64,000 bases of DNA, from the NCBI RefSeq assembly GCF_963506605.1, contig NC_083277.1, positions 18,476,001-18,540,000 on the forward strand, written 5' to 3'. The position numbers were made by a program, and so were the translations under genes. Under the pieces are notes generated by a model. That model was not told where the DNA came from. It was given only the letters and a program-made list of their open reading frames with translations, and made no database searches. This document shows positions 48,801-61,737 of the stretch, in pieces (positions within the stretch are counted from its first letter, which is position 1; every line of letters starts with the position of its first letter). Source of the DNA: Zootoca vivipara (lineage: Eukaryota).

Positions 48801-49282
48801 ACAATTTGGACAATTTGTAATTTATTTCTAATATGTCAGACAGAATGTCTGGGACCGTTTACACACTTTTATCTGCACCCACTGGGCTCCCACCACTGGT
48901 TTGGGAAGAGGCGTACCCATGAACATTAGACACAACCCATATCTGTCCTGTCGTTCTTCACAAAATGCTGTGCTTTGATGCACCCCCACAAACACAACCC
49001 CAGCGTTAATCCCAACTAAGAACGAGAATCGCTTAGCTGCGTTTTGAGCCCTGTGCTGACTTTTAATGTGGTTTGCCTGGTCCGTCCCCCCCGTCTGGAC
49101 ACCCTATCATGGTAGCTCCAGACACAGTGGTGCACCTCCCTTTTAATCTACCTCGGTGGTTCCTGTGCCAGTGTGGTTGTGCGGCCCCTTATCACCGGGG
49201 GTAAATATTTGGCCTCTCTCTCTCTCCTTTCTAGAAATGTCAACACGGGCACAACCCAAGTCTCTGGGGCGGCTGAGTGGAG

Positions 49283-50047
49283 ATGCTGCCTGCTGAAACA
49301 GAACCGGAGGCCTCGGCCTCTGGGCGCAGCGTGGCGGTCAGTGAGGCCATGGACCAGCCTGACGTCAGCTTCCAGCCTGAGGCCTCAGCCCAGCAGCCGG
49401 CCTGCAAGGAGGAAGCGCCCAGCGCCGAGCCCAGCGCCCTCGACTGCGTTATCTGCTTCACCCCTTACGACCGGCTCTTCCGGCTGCCCAAGGAGCTGAG
49501 CTGCGGCCACGTCTTCTGCCTCGAGTGCCTGGCGCGCATCAACGTCTCTTCCGAGGATGTCAACGCCCTCACCTGCCCCGTCTGCCGGGCCCCCACGGCC
49601 TTCCCCTCCCGCAAGGGGTTGCCGGGCCTCCCCACCCGCAGCAACCTCCTGGAGCAACTATCTTCCATGCCCGCTGTCCCCCCGGGCTCCGTGCGCTTTG
49701 ACCGTCGCCGGGGGCTGCTCTACCTGCCGGGTAGGGGCCGAGGCGGCGCCCCAGCCGGGCCCAAGCCCGGGACTTCCGTCAACACTGTCAGCCTGAGTGT
49801 CGACGTTGGCAGGCCTGCGCCGCCAGGAGCCAGCCGCAACCTGGCCCTCTCAGGCTGGCCGTTCTACGTGGCCCTGGCGGTCGCCCTCCTGGTTACCATT
49901 GGCTTAATTACCTGTGGCATTTACATATTTTTGATGCCGTCCATGTACACTACTTCCATGGGAGGCCCGCACTATAGTAACCAGAGTCATGGGCCAGTGC
50001 GGAACTGGACCTCCAGCCCAGCACCTGGCTCTGTACCCCAAGGCTAA
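49283..50047 (+). CDS. RNF225: RING finger protein 225 (RNF183 family; RING-HC plus C-terminal transmembrane helix)
   Basis: C3HC4 RING CVIC...LPKELSCGHVFCLECLAR...CPVCRAPT, the RNF225-type motif GSVRFDRRRGLLYL, and TM segment FYVALAVALLVTIGLITCGIYIFLM. Lies downstream of RPS5 as in human. Splice acceptor ends at 49234. Start may instead be gccATGg at 49349. Confidence 0.9.
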   Translation: MLPAETEPEASASGRSVAVSEAMDQPDVSFQPEASAQQPACKEEAPSAEPSALDCVICFTPYDRLFRLPKELSCGHVFCLECLARINVSSEDVNALTCPVCRAPTAFPSRKGLPGLPTRSNLLEQLSSMPAVPPGSVRFDRRRGLLYLPGRGRGGAPAGPKPGTSVNTVSLSVDVGRPAPPGASRNLALSGWPFYVALAVALLVTIGLITCGIYIFLMPSMYTTSMGGPHYSNQSHGPVRNWTSSPAPGSVPQG

Positions 50048-50390
50048 AGAGGGGCGAAGGAGAAAGGGCCCCCTTGCCCTCTTCCAGTTGCCATTTGTAG
50101 CGGCTGCACCACTTGTAGCCTCCGATTGCACAGAGGCTGCTTGCCTTACTCAGAAGCAGGATACTGGGGGAATTGCCACGTGTCCAAGACTGGCTGAAGC
50201 TGTGAAGGCAATTGCACTTTACCAGTTGAAGTACTGCTTGAATGACCGGAAGAATTCCCACCGCAGCCGCCTGGGGCCACGTTGCCTCAATATGGCATAG
50301 CATACCTTAAGTTACCGTCTACCATCTCTTCGCTGCACTCAGAAGCAGGGCAGTACAGAGAGAACAAATCCACCTTCTCAATGCAAAATG

Positions 50391-50396
50391 AATAAA
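50391..50396 (+). terminator. Probable polyadenylation signal of RNF225
   Basis: First AATAAA after the stop codon. Confidence 0.55.
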
Positions 50397-50426
50397 TGTG
50401 TGAATAGGACTATTGGGTTGGTCCAA

Positions 50427-50918
50427 TGAAATATACTCGGAGTCGAGAGTGAATTTCATGCTCTTTATTCAGCTCTTACCGGTAGTCATCAACATAGCTG
50501 CCAAGTTATCCCTTTTTTAAAGGGATTTTCCCTTATGCTGAATAGGCTTCCTCGCGAGAAAAGGGAAAACTTGGCAGCTATGGTCATCAAGGAGAAGAAG
50601 AGAAGAAGAATGCCCTTTCCCCAAAACCATCTGCTTATATACATTATTTACACAATGGGCTTTGCGTGATTGGCTACTTCAGGGCTACACCTGTGGGCCA
50701 AGCAGTTTGTGGATTGACTTCTGCCAGCCGCCTGATTGGCTGCTCCTGCAGGCCAATCAGGTTGCGGATTCACTTCTGCCAGCCACCTGATTGGCTGCTC
50801 CTGCAGGCCAATCAGGTTGCGGATTCACTTCCACCTGGAGTTGGATTGGGTGGCTCCTGCGGACCAATCAGACTGATTCTGGATCCTATTGTTCTATGAT
50901 TCAGCTCAGTACATAACA
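50427..50918 (-). mobile_element. Solo LTR of the same family with nested 90-bp hAT MITE
   Basis: Same termini (tgaaatatactc...agtacataaca), TSD TCCAA/CCCAA, internal tandem CCAAT-box units. MITE at 50493-50582 with TSD GTCATCAA. Confidence 0.85.
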
Positions 50919-53326
50919 CCCAAGAAGGCGATGGCAGAACCCTGAGGTGATAAGACTTGCGTATGATTTCTGGAGGAAGGGGATAAGGGGTTGCCTTTTT
51001 GGAACGCTCTCCTGCATAAAAAACATACAAACCTGTGCCATAGGAAAACTAGTTCAGCAGCAATTGGGTGAAGACAGAACCTTCTCCTCCTTGATGTGCT
51101 TGATTTTTTAATTTGGGACAAAGGAAAGCAAATGAAGATGGGGTCCATAGGGGCACAAAATCCATTTTACCATCTCCGTGTGTAGAGTTTGCAGCATAGG
51201 CTCTAGATCTTTGGTGGGCGTGAGGGTGGGGATGTTAACTTGGCCAGGGGGGCTCTCCCTCCTCAGCCTCACCTCTGTGTTGCTGCCCATTCACTCACCC
51301 CGTCCCGGTCTCCATCACTGCCTGGGAGGAGAGGGCAAAGGGATTGGTGATGGCTGCTTCTCCTTGGGCCAGTCCCTGTTCACTTGCTTGGTGAGGGGGT
51401 CCCCAGGGCTTTGGGAATCAGCAGTGGTGGGGTCCTACCGTAGCTAGGGATCTGGGGCCCCAGCAGATGCTCAGCAATGCTGACTCCTTGTACCAGCGCA
51501 ATGCGAGTACAGCTCCTAAGGGATGACCATTTCTCCAACTTAATTAACATGCACAAGGATGAGGACTTGAGAGCCTAAGTGTGCACGCTTGCAACTTCAT
51601 GTTGGAGGAATGGACAGGCTCTCTTGTCTCTTACATTCGCAACCGCTAGCAAGACAGCCTGCTTGCTTTCTGTGTCTTGAATAGCTGCATGGCCAGCAAA
51701 AATTCAAATTGCATAGCCTCTCTCATTAGAGAGATGTGGTAACAGGTTGGTGGTGGAGGCTTCACCTGTTAAATTTCTACCTGACACACAGGAGCCCTGC
51801 TGGAGGGGGGCAGCCCAGCACAGGAGGAAGGATAATCCAGTTTGTATTTGGGATTTCTGTCTCCATCATGTCATAACTTGCTATTGGATTTAAGAGGGCA
51901 ACATGGTTACAGGAGAGGCCGCCTTGGCTTGTTTTGGTGCCTTTTTAAGATACAGAAATAACCTGGTAAAGCACAGAAATGAACATGGTTGGCTGCCAGT
52001 TTCCTGAAGATCAGATTCCTGTCAATGTCACGCCAGTGGGGGTGCCATTCAAGAGTTGGCAACTAGATTTTGCACCCACTCAAATTTAGTGCGCCAGCAA
52101 ATTGTTTTCCATTTTATATTTCATGTCTTGCTTGTCTGCTTTGGGCAGCTGGGCAAGAGCCAACATGACTTCCTCCCTAAGTGATGCTGCTGGTCCAAAA
52201 ACTCGGATATTCCTCGAAGACATAACCATATATTTTTTTTTTAAATGAAATCTACTACCAGCACAGGCCCACAGGTTTCCAAAGAACGCCTTGGAAGATT
52301 TGTTGTGGATGGGTGATATACTTATTTTTCTCTTCTTATGGCTTCCCATGAGCTGATCAAACTGATCTCCATTAACTAGAAACCTTGGGACAGATGCTGG
52401 AAGCTTCATTAATGGACACTTCCCATTGTTTCCCCACGGGGACTGATTGAAGGGACTCCCCAAATAATTTGTCTCCCCCCTCCCTCCTTTGTCCCCCCCA
52501 ATTAAAAATTGTTTTCCAGAACAGTATTCCATTTTTTTTAAAGTTTAAACACCCTGTGATTTCACAAATGGAATATATCATAGGCCAAAGTAAACACGCA
52601 GGGATAGGATCATAGAGAAGAGGGCAGGACGTGGAAAAAATGCTAAGGCATGCGGGATCTAGCTTTTTCCTCTGCTGGAAGGGCCACCACACATAACCAG
52701 GTATAAAATACAGTGGTACCTCGCTAGACGAATTTAATTCGTTCCACGGGTCTTTTCTTATAACGAAAAATTCGTCTAGCATAGGAATGCATTGAATTTT
52801 TTTGAATTTTTTTTTGCCCATAGGAACGCATTAATTGGATTTCAATGCATTCCTATGGGAAACCGCGATTCGCTAGACGAATTTTTCATAAAATGAATTC
52901 GTCTAGCGAGGCAACCTCCACTCGAAAAATCCTTTCGTTAAGCGGAAATTTCATTAAGCAGGGCATTCGTTAAGCGAGGCACCACTGTAGTGGCACATGG
53001 GCCAAAGCTAATTGCCTACCTCAGCTCCTGAAGCTCACACTGGGACAACCTGTATATGCAGGTACAAAACTACAGGTGTGTTACTACAGATTCTAACAAC
53101 ACACTTTAGGGCAGGGCAAACCTCCTTTGTTATTGCTGGTCTTATGACAACTGGGAAACCCTTCCTGATCTACTGCAAATCAATGATCTACCAGTAGATC
53201 CCCCACTGTACTTTCTTTTCTACCTGGTGTAGAGTTAGAGCAAGACTAGTCTAATGATAAGTTGGGTGGCCAGATTCTTACAAGCTGAATGACGAACATA
53301 TCGACAGATGCAAAGTACAGAATACA

Positions 53327-53672
53327 GTAAAGGTAAAGGACCCCTGGATGGTTAAGTGCAGTCAAAGGTGACTATGGGGTACAGCAATAATCTCGCTTCA
53401 GGCCAAAGGAGCCAGCATTTGTCCGCAGACAGCTTTCAGGGTCAGCATGACTCAACCGCTTGTGGCGCAATAGAACACCATGACGGAAACCAGAGTGCAT
53501 GGAAACACTGTTTACCTTCCTGTCACAGCGGTACCTAATTATCTACTTGCACTGGTGTGCTTTCAAACTGCTAGGTTGGCAGAAGCTGGGAGCTACCTTG
53601 TAGCGTGGATTTGAACCGCCAACCTTCCGATTGGCAAGCCCAAGAGGCTCAGTGGTTTAGACCACATCCACG
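53327..53672 (-). mobile_element. Sauria SINE (older subfamily)
   Basis: gtaaaggtaaaggacccctgg tail...ggctcagtggtttagacc head. Confidence 0.8.
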
Positions 53673-55210
53673 CAATACAGTTAAGGCAGTTCCCAGGATT
53701 CTTTGGGGGAAGCCATACCTGTTACAAGTGGTATAAGAGTCATGGTTTCCCCCCAGAGAATCCTGGGACTTGTAGTTTTCTGAGCGAGCCGGCCACTTGG
53801 AGCCTTCCTTCACAGCTCCTCTGTCTTCCCCTACAAGCATCTTCCATTACTGCTCACTCATCCCACCCCCCCACCTGAGTTTTTCATCAATCCTGCTACT
53901 GTAGGGCTTAAGTGACAAAGCATATATTGTGCATGGATTAGAAGCCTGTGTGTGCAGCTTCCGTTTAAGCTGCAGACAGGCACACCGTTTTCAGAGCCAA
54001 TTTGGAAGCAGCCTCGCCGCCTTTGAATCCAAGCGCACCTTCCTTCTCCCGGAGCTGGGCTCTGAAAGAAAACGAGTTCTGCAAGTTTGCAGCAGCAGCC
54101 GGTTGTGGCTGGTGCAGATTGGCTGGCCCCTCCGATGTCACCGAGAAACCTCCTCCGCCCAGTCACCAGAGCAGCTTTGTACTTTCCATTCAAGAAATTA
54201 AAGTGCACTAAGTTAGTGAATTGATAATTCATCTACCTCTTATGGACACCACCACCACTACCTAAAGCAGGTGCAAGAATAGAAAAATGGAGCACAGGTT
54301 GGGGAAATTGCTTCATTCACAGATGACACGAGAGCCCAAATCTCATATTGTATTATTTTACTGAAGAACATCTGCACGCTGGATGGGGACGTCTGGCAGG
54401 CACCTGGGCTCCCCTTCTCTCTCCCCCACTCCCCTTGGCAGCAGCCACTGCTCCCACCCACAACTGCTGGGACAATAAAGTGCTCAAATTGGAAAAGTGT
54501 GGGGAGGAACAGGTGCTGACGCATGCATGCATGCATGCTTGCACACGCACACGCACACACAAGCTACTGAGGCAGCCCCAGGGCTGGTCGTAAGGGAGCT
54601 GCCGACCCACGTTCCCCTAATATTCACCAGCATCCTGCCCTGCTCTTAACCTCACTGTGGCTTCAGATCCTACATTCCTGGTGGGGTGAGAGATGAAGGC
54701 ATTCGTGGCGAGTCTGGCAGAGAGTGCGCGGTGCAGGCAGCAATCTCGTAGGCAGAGCTCGGAGTTGGCAAGCGCACTGGAGATGCCTCTGCCCACCCCA
54801 GGCCCCAAAGAGCAACGCTTCTTCGTTACAAGAGAACTGGCAAGGTGTTCGTGTCTTCAGTGGCTGACAGCTGCCTCTGAAAAGGAAGCCACCTGGTTGG
54901 GTTTCAGCCTTCTTGCACAGTCTCTGGATGTACCCCTGGATGTCTAAATAGGAGCTTCTCCCTGTTTAACAAGTGCATCCTGCAAGTGAGAATGCGCAGG
55001 AATGTTGCAACTTCCACCACCACCTGCAAGCTAACTGCACTTGATCCCCACTTCCTTAATTTATGCCTTCAGTCTTAACACACGGCGTGGATGGGACTAG
55101 ATTGCAGTCACGCACAATCCCGCACTCGTATGCACACAAGCATCAAGGGAGGTCAAAGTGAGGTTCGATAGCCTTGTGCAATGTGGCTCAGAAGCGCAAC
55201 CATAGGAGGA

Positions 55211-55266
<56 letters not shown>

Positions 55267-55747
55267 CTAGTTCCCAATACAAACAGCCACAATCAGACTG
55301 GGCCGGGGTCCTAGTTTGACCATTTCGGTGCCAAATGACATACGAAACCAATCCGTTGCTGCACAGTCTAACTGCATGGAATCGTTCGGGGTTTGCACAG
55401 GACAAAAACGCTTTGGCCGAGCTGTGCATCCTAGTGCAACAGGCTGGCTTGGCCCACAAGTAAACGGATTATCCCTTTCAATACTGTTCATACAGGCGGA
55501 CTGTCTCAGAGCTACAGTGCCTACCTTTTCCAGACACCCAGCTGCACCTGGAAGCGATATGCTTGTGGGAAGCAAGGAGGGAAAAGCTTCCACTGTTAAC
55601 TGCAAGCACAACTGTCAATTGCTATGCTGCGGTTGAACTGTACTTCGACTGGGGCTTCTGTAGGCTGCAGGAGTAGCCAAATAGCTGCATGGAGAGAAGT
55701 GCACAGGAACAGATACTGCAGGATGCAAGTGTTCAGAGTCTTGAGAG

Positions 55748-55799
<52 letters not shown>

Positions 55800-56187
55800 C
55801 CACAGAACCCTTATTTCTGCCTGATGCGCATCCATCTTTCCAGAGAGGCACATTTGTCAAGTAAGCAAGTGTGCATGTGCATTTGGGGAGGGGAGGGGCA
55901 AACAGCGGTGTCCCCTGCGACCCGCTACTTCTAAAACAAGTCTCCATAGAGTTGGCACCTCGATTCCAGGTCCAAGGGGCACAGGCAGGTGGACGGACAC
56001 AAAGGTATTTTACAAAAACCAGAGGTTATGATTTCTCTTCTTCCCTCCCCCCCCCTTAAAAAATGAACAAAAGAACTTTGAGCAAACTCCCCAGCCGGCT
56101 GTACAAGTCCCTACGCACTGGTTTTGTGAGCCTCTGTACCGACTGCCCACCCTCCCCTGCTTTGTGTAGCTTGCCCAGGAAAAAATG

Positions 56188-56433
56188 TCACTTGTAGAGC
56201 AGGTGAACGCGGCTGCCGTCGCAGTTGTTTCGCCCCAGCTTGTCGGCCTGCTCGGCCACCAGGCAGCGGACGAGAGGGAGGCTGGGCTGGTAGAGGTTGG
56301 GGCCGGTGGCTGCCGAGGCCGAGGCCGAGTTGTTGAAGTGGTTGTCGGCGGCACAATTGGAGGAGCGCCGCCGCGACCGGAGCTGCTGCCGCTCTTTCAG
56401 CTGTTGCTGGAGCTCAGAGACCCGCTCTTCCTT
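56188..56433 (-). CDS. GABBR1: GABBR1 last coding exon
   Basis: KEERVSEL...QQLRSRRR (RSRR ER-retention motif)...CDGSRVHLLYK*, the GABBR1 C-terminus. Confidence 0.96.
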   Translation of the reverse strand, partial: KEERVSELQQQLKERQQLRSRRRSSNCAADNHFNNSASASAATGPNLYQPSLPLVRCLVAEQADKLGRNNCDGSRVHLLYK

Positions 56434-56450
56434 CTGTTGGGGGGTGGGGT

Positions 56451-56837
56451 GGTAAAAAAGAAAAAAGGTAAAAAGGACCCCTGGACAGTTCAGTCCAGTC
56501 AAAGGCGACTATGGGGTCGCGGCACTCATCTCGCTTTTCAGGCCAAGGGATTGTCCACAGACAGCTCTCCGGGTCATGTGGCCAGCAGGACTAAACCGCT
56601 TCTGGTGCAACGGGGCGCCGTGACAGAAGCCAGAGTGCACAGAAATGCTTTTTTACTTTCCTGCCACAGCAAAATCTATTAATCTACTCGTACTGGTGTG
56701 CTTTCGAACTGCTAGGTTGGCAGGAACTTGGGGAGAGCAATGGCATCTCACCCTGTTGCGGGGATTTGAACTGCTGACCTTCTGATTGACAAGCGCAAGA
56801 GGCTCAGTGGTTTAGACCACAGCACCACCCATGTCCC
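56451..56837 (-). mobile_element. Sauria SINE abutting the last GABBR1 splice acceptor
   Basis: Head gggacatgggtggtgctgtggtctaaacc (minus strand); tail of TTTACC-like repeats. Confidence 0.85.
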
Positions 56838-58187
56838 TTATTGTTGGGTGGGGGGGCAAGGAGGGGAAACGGGTGGCTGCAAGTGACTTAGAAGCATGAA
56901 AGAGGCGTATATCTCAATACCCCCAGGGCTGCCTCTCTTTCTTCAGGACTACGGGATCGTAATCTGAGGCCGTTCTTTGTGTGTCTCCTCTGTGTGAGGT
57001 CCAGAGGGTGGCAAGATGAGAATGGGGCCTTTTCTGCGCTGGCTCCCCATTTGTGGAATGCTCTCCCCAGGGAGGTCCGCCTGGTGCCTTCATTACATAT
57101 CTTTAGGCACCAGGCGAAAATGTTCCTCTTCAACCAGGCCTTGGACGGACTAATATTCTACAGCCTTTTAAATGTGTTTGTGGGGAGGGAGGGGGCTTGT
57201 TTTGTTGGTTTTGTTTTAATAACAAAAACAACTGCCATCAGGCAGGCCCAGCCAGCAGGGGCAATGGTCAGGGATGATGGGAATTGTTTTTTTTAATATT
57301 GTAGCATCCGGAGGGCCGCAGGTTGTCCACTCCTGTACGATTCCCCTCTGCAAACACACCCAGGAAGTAATTAACAGCAGGCCCTAAGGTTGCCTGGCAA
57401 CCAAATCAGGCGTCGAGTCGTACCATATTTATTGGTACATTTGGTTTTCTCAGATCGTACGCCAAGTACTTTGAATGCTTAAGGAAGAGTTATAGGAACA
57501 GTAAACATCGTAACACAGCCTTGTGTGCCCTGCGGGTGAGATCGTGCCAAGTCATACTCAAGAGTAGACCCACTGGTTATAACAGGTCTACTCTGAGCAG
57601 GACTAACATTAGGTGTCATCACCCCTTGTAGTACATCTGATGGCTTCACGGCTGGTGTGCGCCTTTATGTTTTATTGTATTTAATCTGATTTTAACTGTC
57701 GGTGTACTATATCCTGGGACTTTTCACTGCAGAGCGGGTTTATCAGTAAAAGCCAATGAAAAAAATTCATTGGTTTGAGGTTTTCTTTCTGTTTTGTTTT
57801 AAAACATCTCCCCCCCCGCCCCATCTCAGCCAGGAATCTCAGCCAAAGCATCCATGACAGATGGCCCTCCAAGCTCCGGTTAAAAACCTCCAAGGAAGGA
57901 GAGTCCACCATCTCCAGAGGCAGATTGTCCCATTTGCAGCTTTTTAGCTTAGAAAAATGATGTGTAGCGGGTGACATGACCGAAATGTATGAAATTATGC
58001 ATGCCATGGAGAAAGTGAATTGGGAAAAGCTTTTCTCCCCCTCTCATAGCATTAGAACTTGAGGATATTCAACATAGCTGAATGTTGGAAGATTCCAGGC
58101 AGATAAAAGAAAGGGCTCGGTCATGCAGCACATAGTCAAACTATGGAACTCACGGCCACAAGAGAGGCCAGTGACCACCGCTGACAG

Positions 58188-58708
58188 TACTCCTCACCTG
58201 GAGTACTGTGTCCAGTTCTGGGCACCACAGTTCAAGAAGGATACTGACAAGCTGGAACGTGTCCAGAAGAGGGCAACCAAAATGGTCAAAGGCCTGGAAA
58301 CGATGCCTTATGAGGAACGGCTTAGGGAGCTGGGTATGTTTAGCCTGGAGAAGAGAAGGTTAAGGGGTGATGATGATAGCCATGTTCAAATATATAAAAG
58401 GATGTCATATAGAGGAGGGAGAAAGGTTGTTTTCTGCTGCTCCAGAGAAGGGACACGGAGCAATGGATTCAAACTACAAGAAAGAATATTCCACCTAAAC
58501 ATTAGGAAGAACTTCCTGACAGTAAGAGCTGTTTGACAGTGGAATTTGCTGCCAAGGAGTGTGGTGGAGTCTCCTTCTTTGGAGGTCTTTAAGCAGAGGC
58601 TTGACAGCCATATGTCAAGAATGCTTTGAAGGTGTTTCCTGCTCGGCAGGGGGTTGAACTGAATGGCCCTTGTGGTCTCTTCCAACTCTACGATTCTATG
58701 ATTCTATG
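58188..58708 (+). mobile_element. CR1 LINE 3' end
   Basis: [35 protein letters not shown]...[14 protein letters not shown], with (GATTCTAT)n tail. Shorter copies at ~33524-33710 (-) and ~61058-61243 (-). Confidence 0.93.
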
Positions 58709-59002
58709 ACTTGGATAGCTTTAAAAGAGGATTGGGCAAATGCATGGAGGAGAGGATTACTGATGGCTACTAGCCATGATGCCTATTGTTCTACCTCCAC
58801 TGTCAGAGCCGCTTCTGAATATCAGTTGCTGGAATCCCCGGGAGGAGAGAGGGCTATTGTTCCCAGATCCTGCTTCCAGGCTGGTTGGCCACTGTGAGAA
58901 CAGGATGGCTGGACTCGATGGGCCAGATCCAGCAGGGTCCTTCTTACTAGCCCCCAATGGCAGGTAGCACGGGGCAAGGGGGAAGACACACACCCAGCTT
59001 CA

Positions 59003-59218
<216 letters not shown>

Positions 59219-59625
59219 TCAGCCACACGACTGCACCTCAGTGTCAAGAGAGGAGAAGTGTCGCTGGCAGCAGGAAGGGGAAGAAACTCTGTTGCTGGGC
59301 CAAAAGTGCCAACCTCAGGTCTGCAGCCCTCGTTGGGCTGTGAAAGCAGAGGAATTTTTCGGGGGGAGATTAGAGAGATTCCTAAAAATGTGGAAGTGGG
59401 GGGGGGGGCGGCGGCATTTGGGGGGAAAATGCTTCTCTATCTGGGCCTTGGGACTCCCTCCAAGCCTCATCCCTCAGTGGGCTGTTGTTTTGGTTTTGTA
59501 AAACTCCCAAGCAACACTAGGCAAGTCCTTTAAAAGAGGATTTTGGTAAGTGAAACCTGAGATTCTTGGGCATGCGCTAAGTTATGCTGCAAACCACGCT
59601 AGGAGCCAGTTGCTACCAATGCTCA

Positions 59626-59922
<297 letters not shown>

Positions 59923-60054
59923 TCAGGGCGGATAATGGCACTGAATTCACGCAACATGACAACAAGGCTGCACAAAGGCAGGTGGCTGACACTGCGGCCA
60001 TGTAGGCGTCATGGCTAGACTGAACCCAGATGTTCCAAGACAGATGGACATCCC

Positions 60055-60254
60055 NNNNNNNNNNNNNNNNNNNNNNNNNNNNNNNNNNNNNNNNNNNNNN
60101 NNNNNNNNNNNNNNNNNNNNNNNNNNNNNNNNNNNNNNNNNNNNNNNNNNNNNNNNNNNNNNNNNNNNNNNNNNNNNNNNNNNNNNNNNNNNNNNNNNNN
60201 NNNNNNNNNNNNNNNNNNNNNNNNNNNNNNNNNNNNNNNNNNNNNNNNNNNNNN
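60055..60254. other. Assembly gap (200 N)
   Basis: Run of N. Confidence 1.
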
Positions 60255-60891
60255 CCTCACAACGGCCTTGCAAGGAGGGTTAGGCTGAGAATGAGCGACT
60301 GGCCCAAGGTCACCCAGTGAGTTTCATGGCCAAGTGGGGATTTGAACCATGCAAGAGGAACATTGCAGAGCACAAGCCATGAAACAGGAATTGTGTTGCA
60401 GGACACCGGGCTGGGAGAAAGAAGGAAGGATGCATCGCAGTATGTGTAGGACGGTGAACTTAGTTGTTTTGGGTCCTCTCCAGACATCCTTTTTAATTGC
60501 GCATAATCTGTTCTTCTGGATATTCTAAGTGTATCCTCAAAATAGACATGGTGCCTTTGCTGGAACAATAGGCTAGGCGCAGGCATAGGCAACCTTTGGC
60601 TCCCAGATGTTTTGGAACTACAACTCCCATGATCCCTGACCACTGGCCCTAGTTTTGTCCATGAAGCTTGGCCACTTTCAGCTTCCTATTTTCTGAAGCC
60701 AGAAGTGCTGCTTTCTCCCTAGCATATATGGTGTTTAATAGCAAGCAGTTGTGTTTAAATCTGGTATTACAGCACCAATTCTGAAACATGTTTTCAGAAA
60801 GGAGGAATGGGTCGTCCATGGACATTAACAGAACTAACTTTAAAAGAACCTTGTTCAAACTTACCACCAATTTGCCTAGTCTGGAGACAGT

Positions 60892-60964
60892 TCACTGATA
60901 GCTCAGTCGGTTGAGCATGAGACTCTTAATCTCAGGGTTGTGGGTTTGAGCCCTACGTCGGGCA
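60892..60964 (+). pseudogene. tRNA-Lys(CTT)-derived pseudogene or SINE head
   Basis: TAGCTCAGTCGGTTGAGCATGAGACTCTTAATCTCAGGGTTGTGGGTTTGAGCCCTACGTCGGGC. The anticodon arm is intact, but the acceptor stem is unpaired and the T-loop is TTTGAG. Followed by CR1-tail-like sequence. Confidence 0.8.
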
Positions 60965-61643
60965 AAAGATTGCAGGGGGTGGGGGCTCATGGTGCTGTCA
61001 GGGTGCTTATACCCAATGTGCTTTTCGACACCCTGACTGCCAAAGGTTTGTGGGAAGTCATAGAATCGTAGAGTTGGAAGAGACCACAAGGGCCATCCAG
61101 TCCAACCCCCTGCCGAGCAGGAAACACCATCAAAGCATTCTTGACATATGCCTGTCAAGCCTCTGCTTAAAGACCTCCAAAGAAGGAGACTCCACCACAC
61201 TCCTTGGTAGCAAATTCCACTGCCGAACAGCTCTTACTGTCAGTCATACTGCTCCATTTCCAACCAGTGCATTGTCCTGCAGCTTCCTGGTGAAATTCTG
61301 CAGCTTTTCATACCGCGGTTGTGCTAGAGTGAGGTGGGCGTGTCCCATTTTTGGTGCGCTGTCATGTAAAAGTGTCCTTCCGGATGGGAATAATGCAATA
61401 GCATTGCAGAAGCAGCAGAGATGCATTACTAATGTACTATTATTGCACCGATGACATGTTGCAGAACACACACACACACACACACAAACATCCCAGTTTG
61501 CAGGGCCTCTAGTAGTCCTGGGATGGGGAAACAGGTATTCCAGTATTCTAGATGACAGGAAGGAGGGCACAGACATAGGGAAGAAGGGATGGGCAGAAGC
61601 TGGACAAAACCAGCCCCCCAGCAGCATGGCTGAAGAGGCTCAC

Positions 61644-61737
61644 CCAGCCAAGTGTTCATCCTCTCCGAACTGCAGTGCTCCAGCTTAGGGAGGATCAGCA
61701 CGTCAATGTCACTCTTGGGCTCCTCTTTGGTGAATTC
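61644..61737 (-). CDS. GABBR1: GABA-B receptor subunit 1, exon encoding extracellular loop 2
   Basis: ctgcag|[31 protein letters not shown](G)|gtgagc, 94 nt. Upstream exons lie beyond the window. Confidence 0.93.

Noticed and set aside
54002-54211. Short ORF with PAM2-like LNPSAPSF
   Set aside because: TTG start, no supporting splice structure, and a short motif likely to arise by chance.
60892-60964. Functional tRNA-Lys(CTT) gene
   Set aside because: The acceptor stem does not pair, the B-box C is mutated and there is no oligo-T terminator. Treated as a SINE head or pseudogene.
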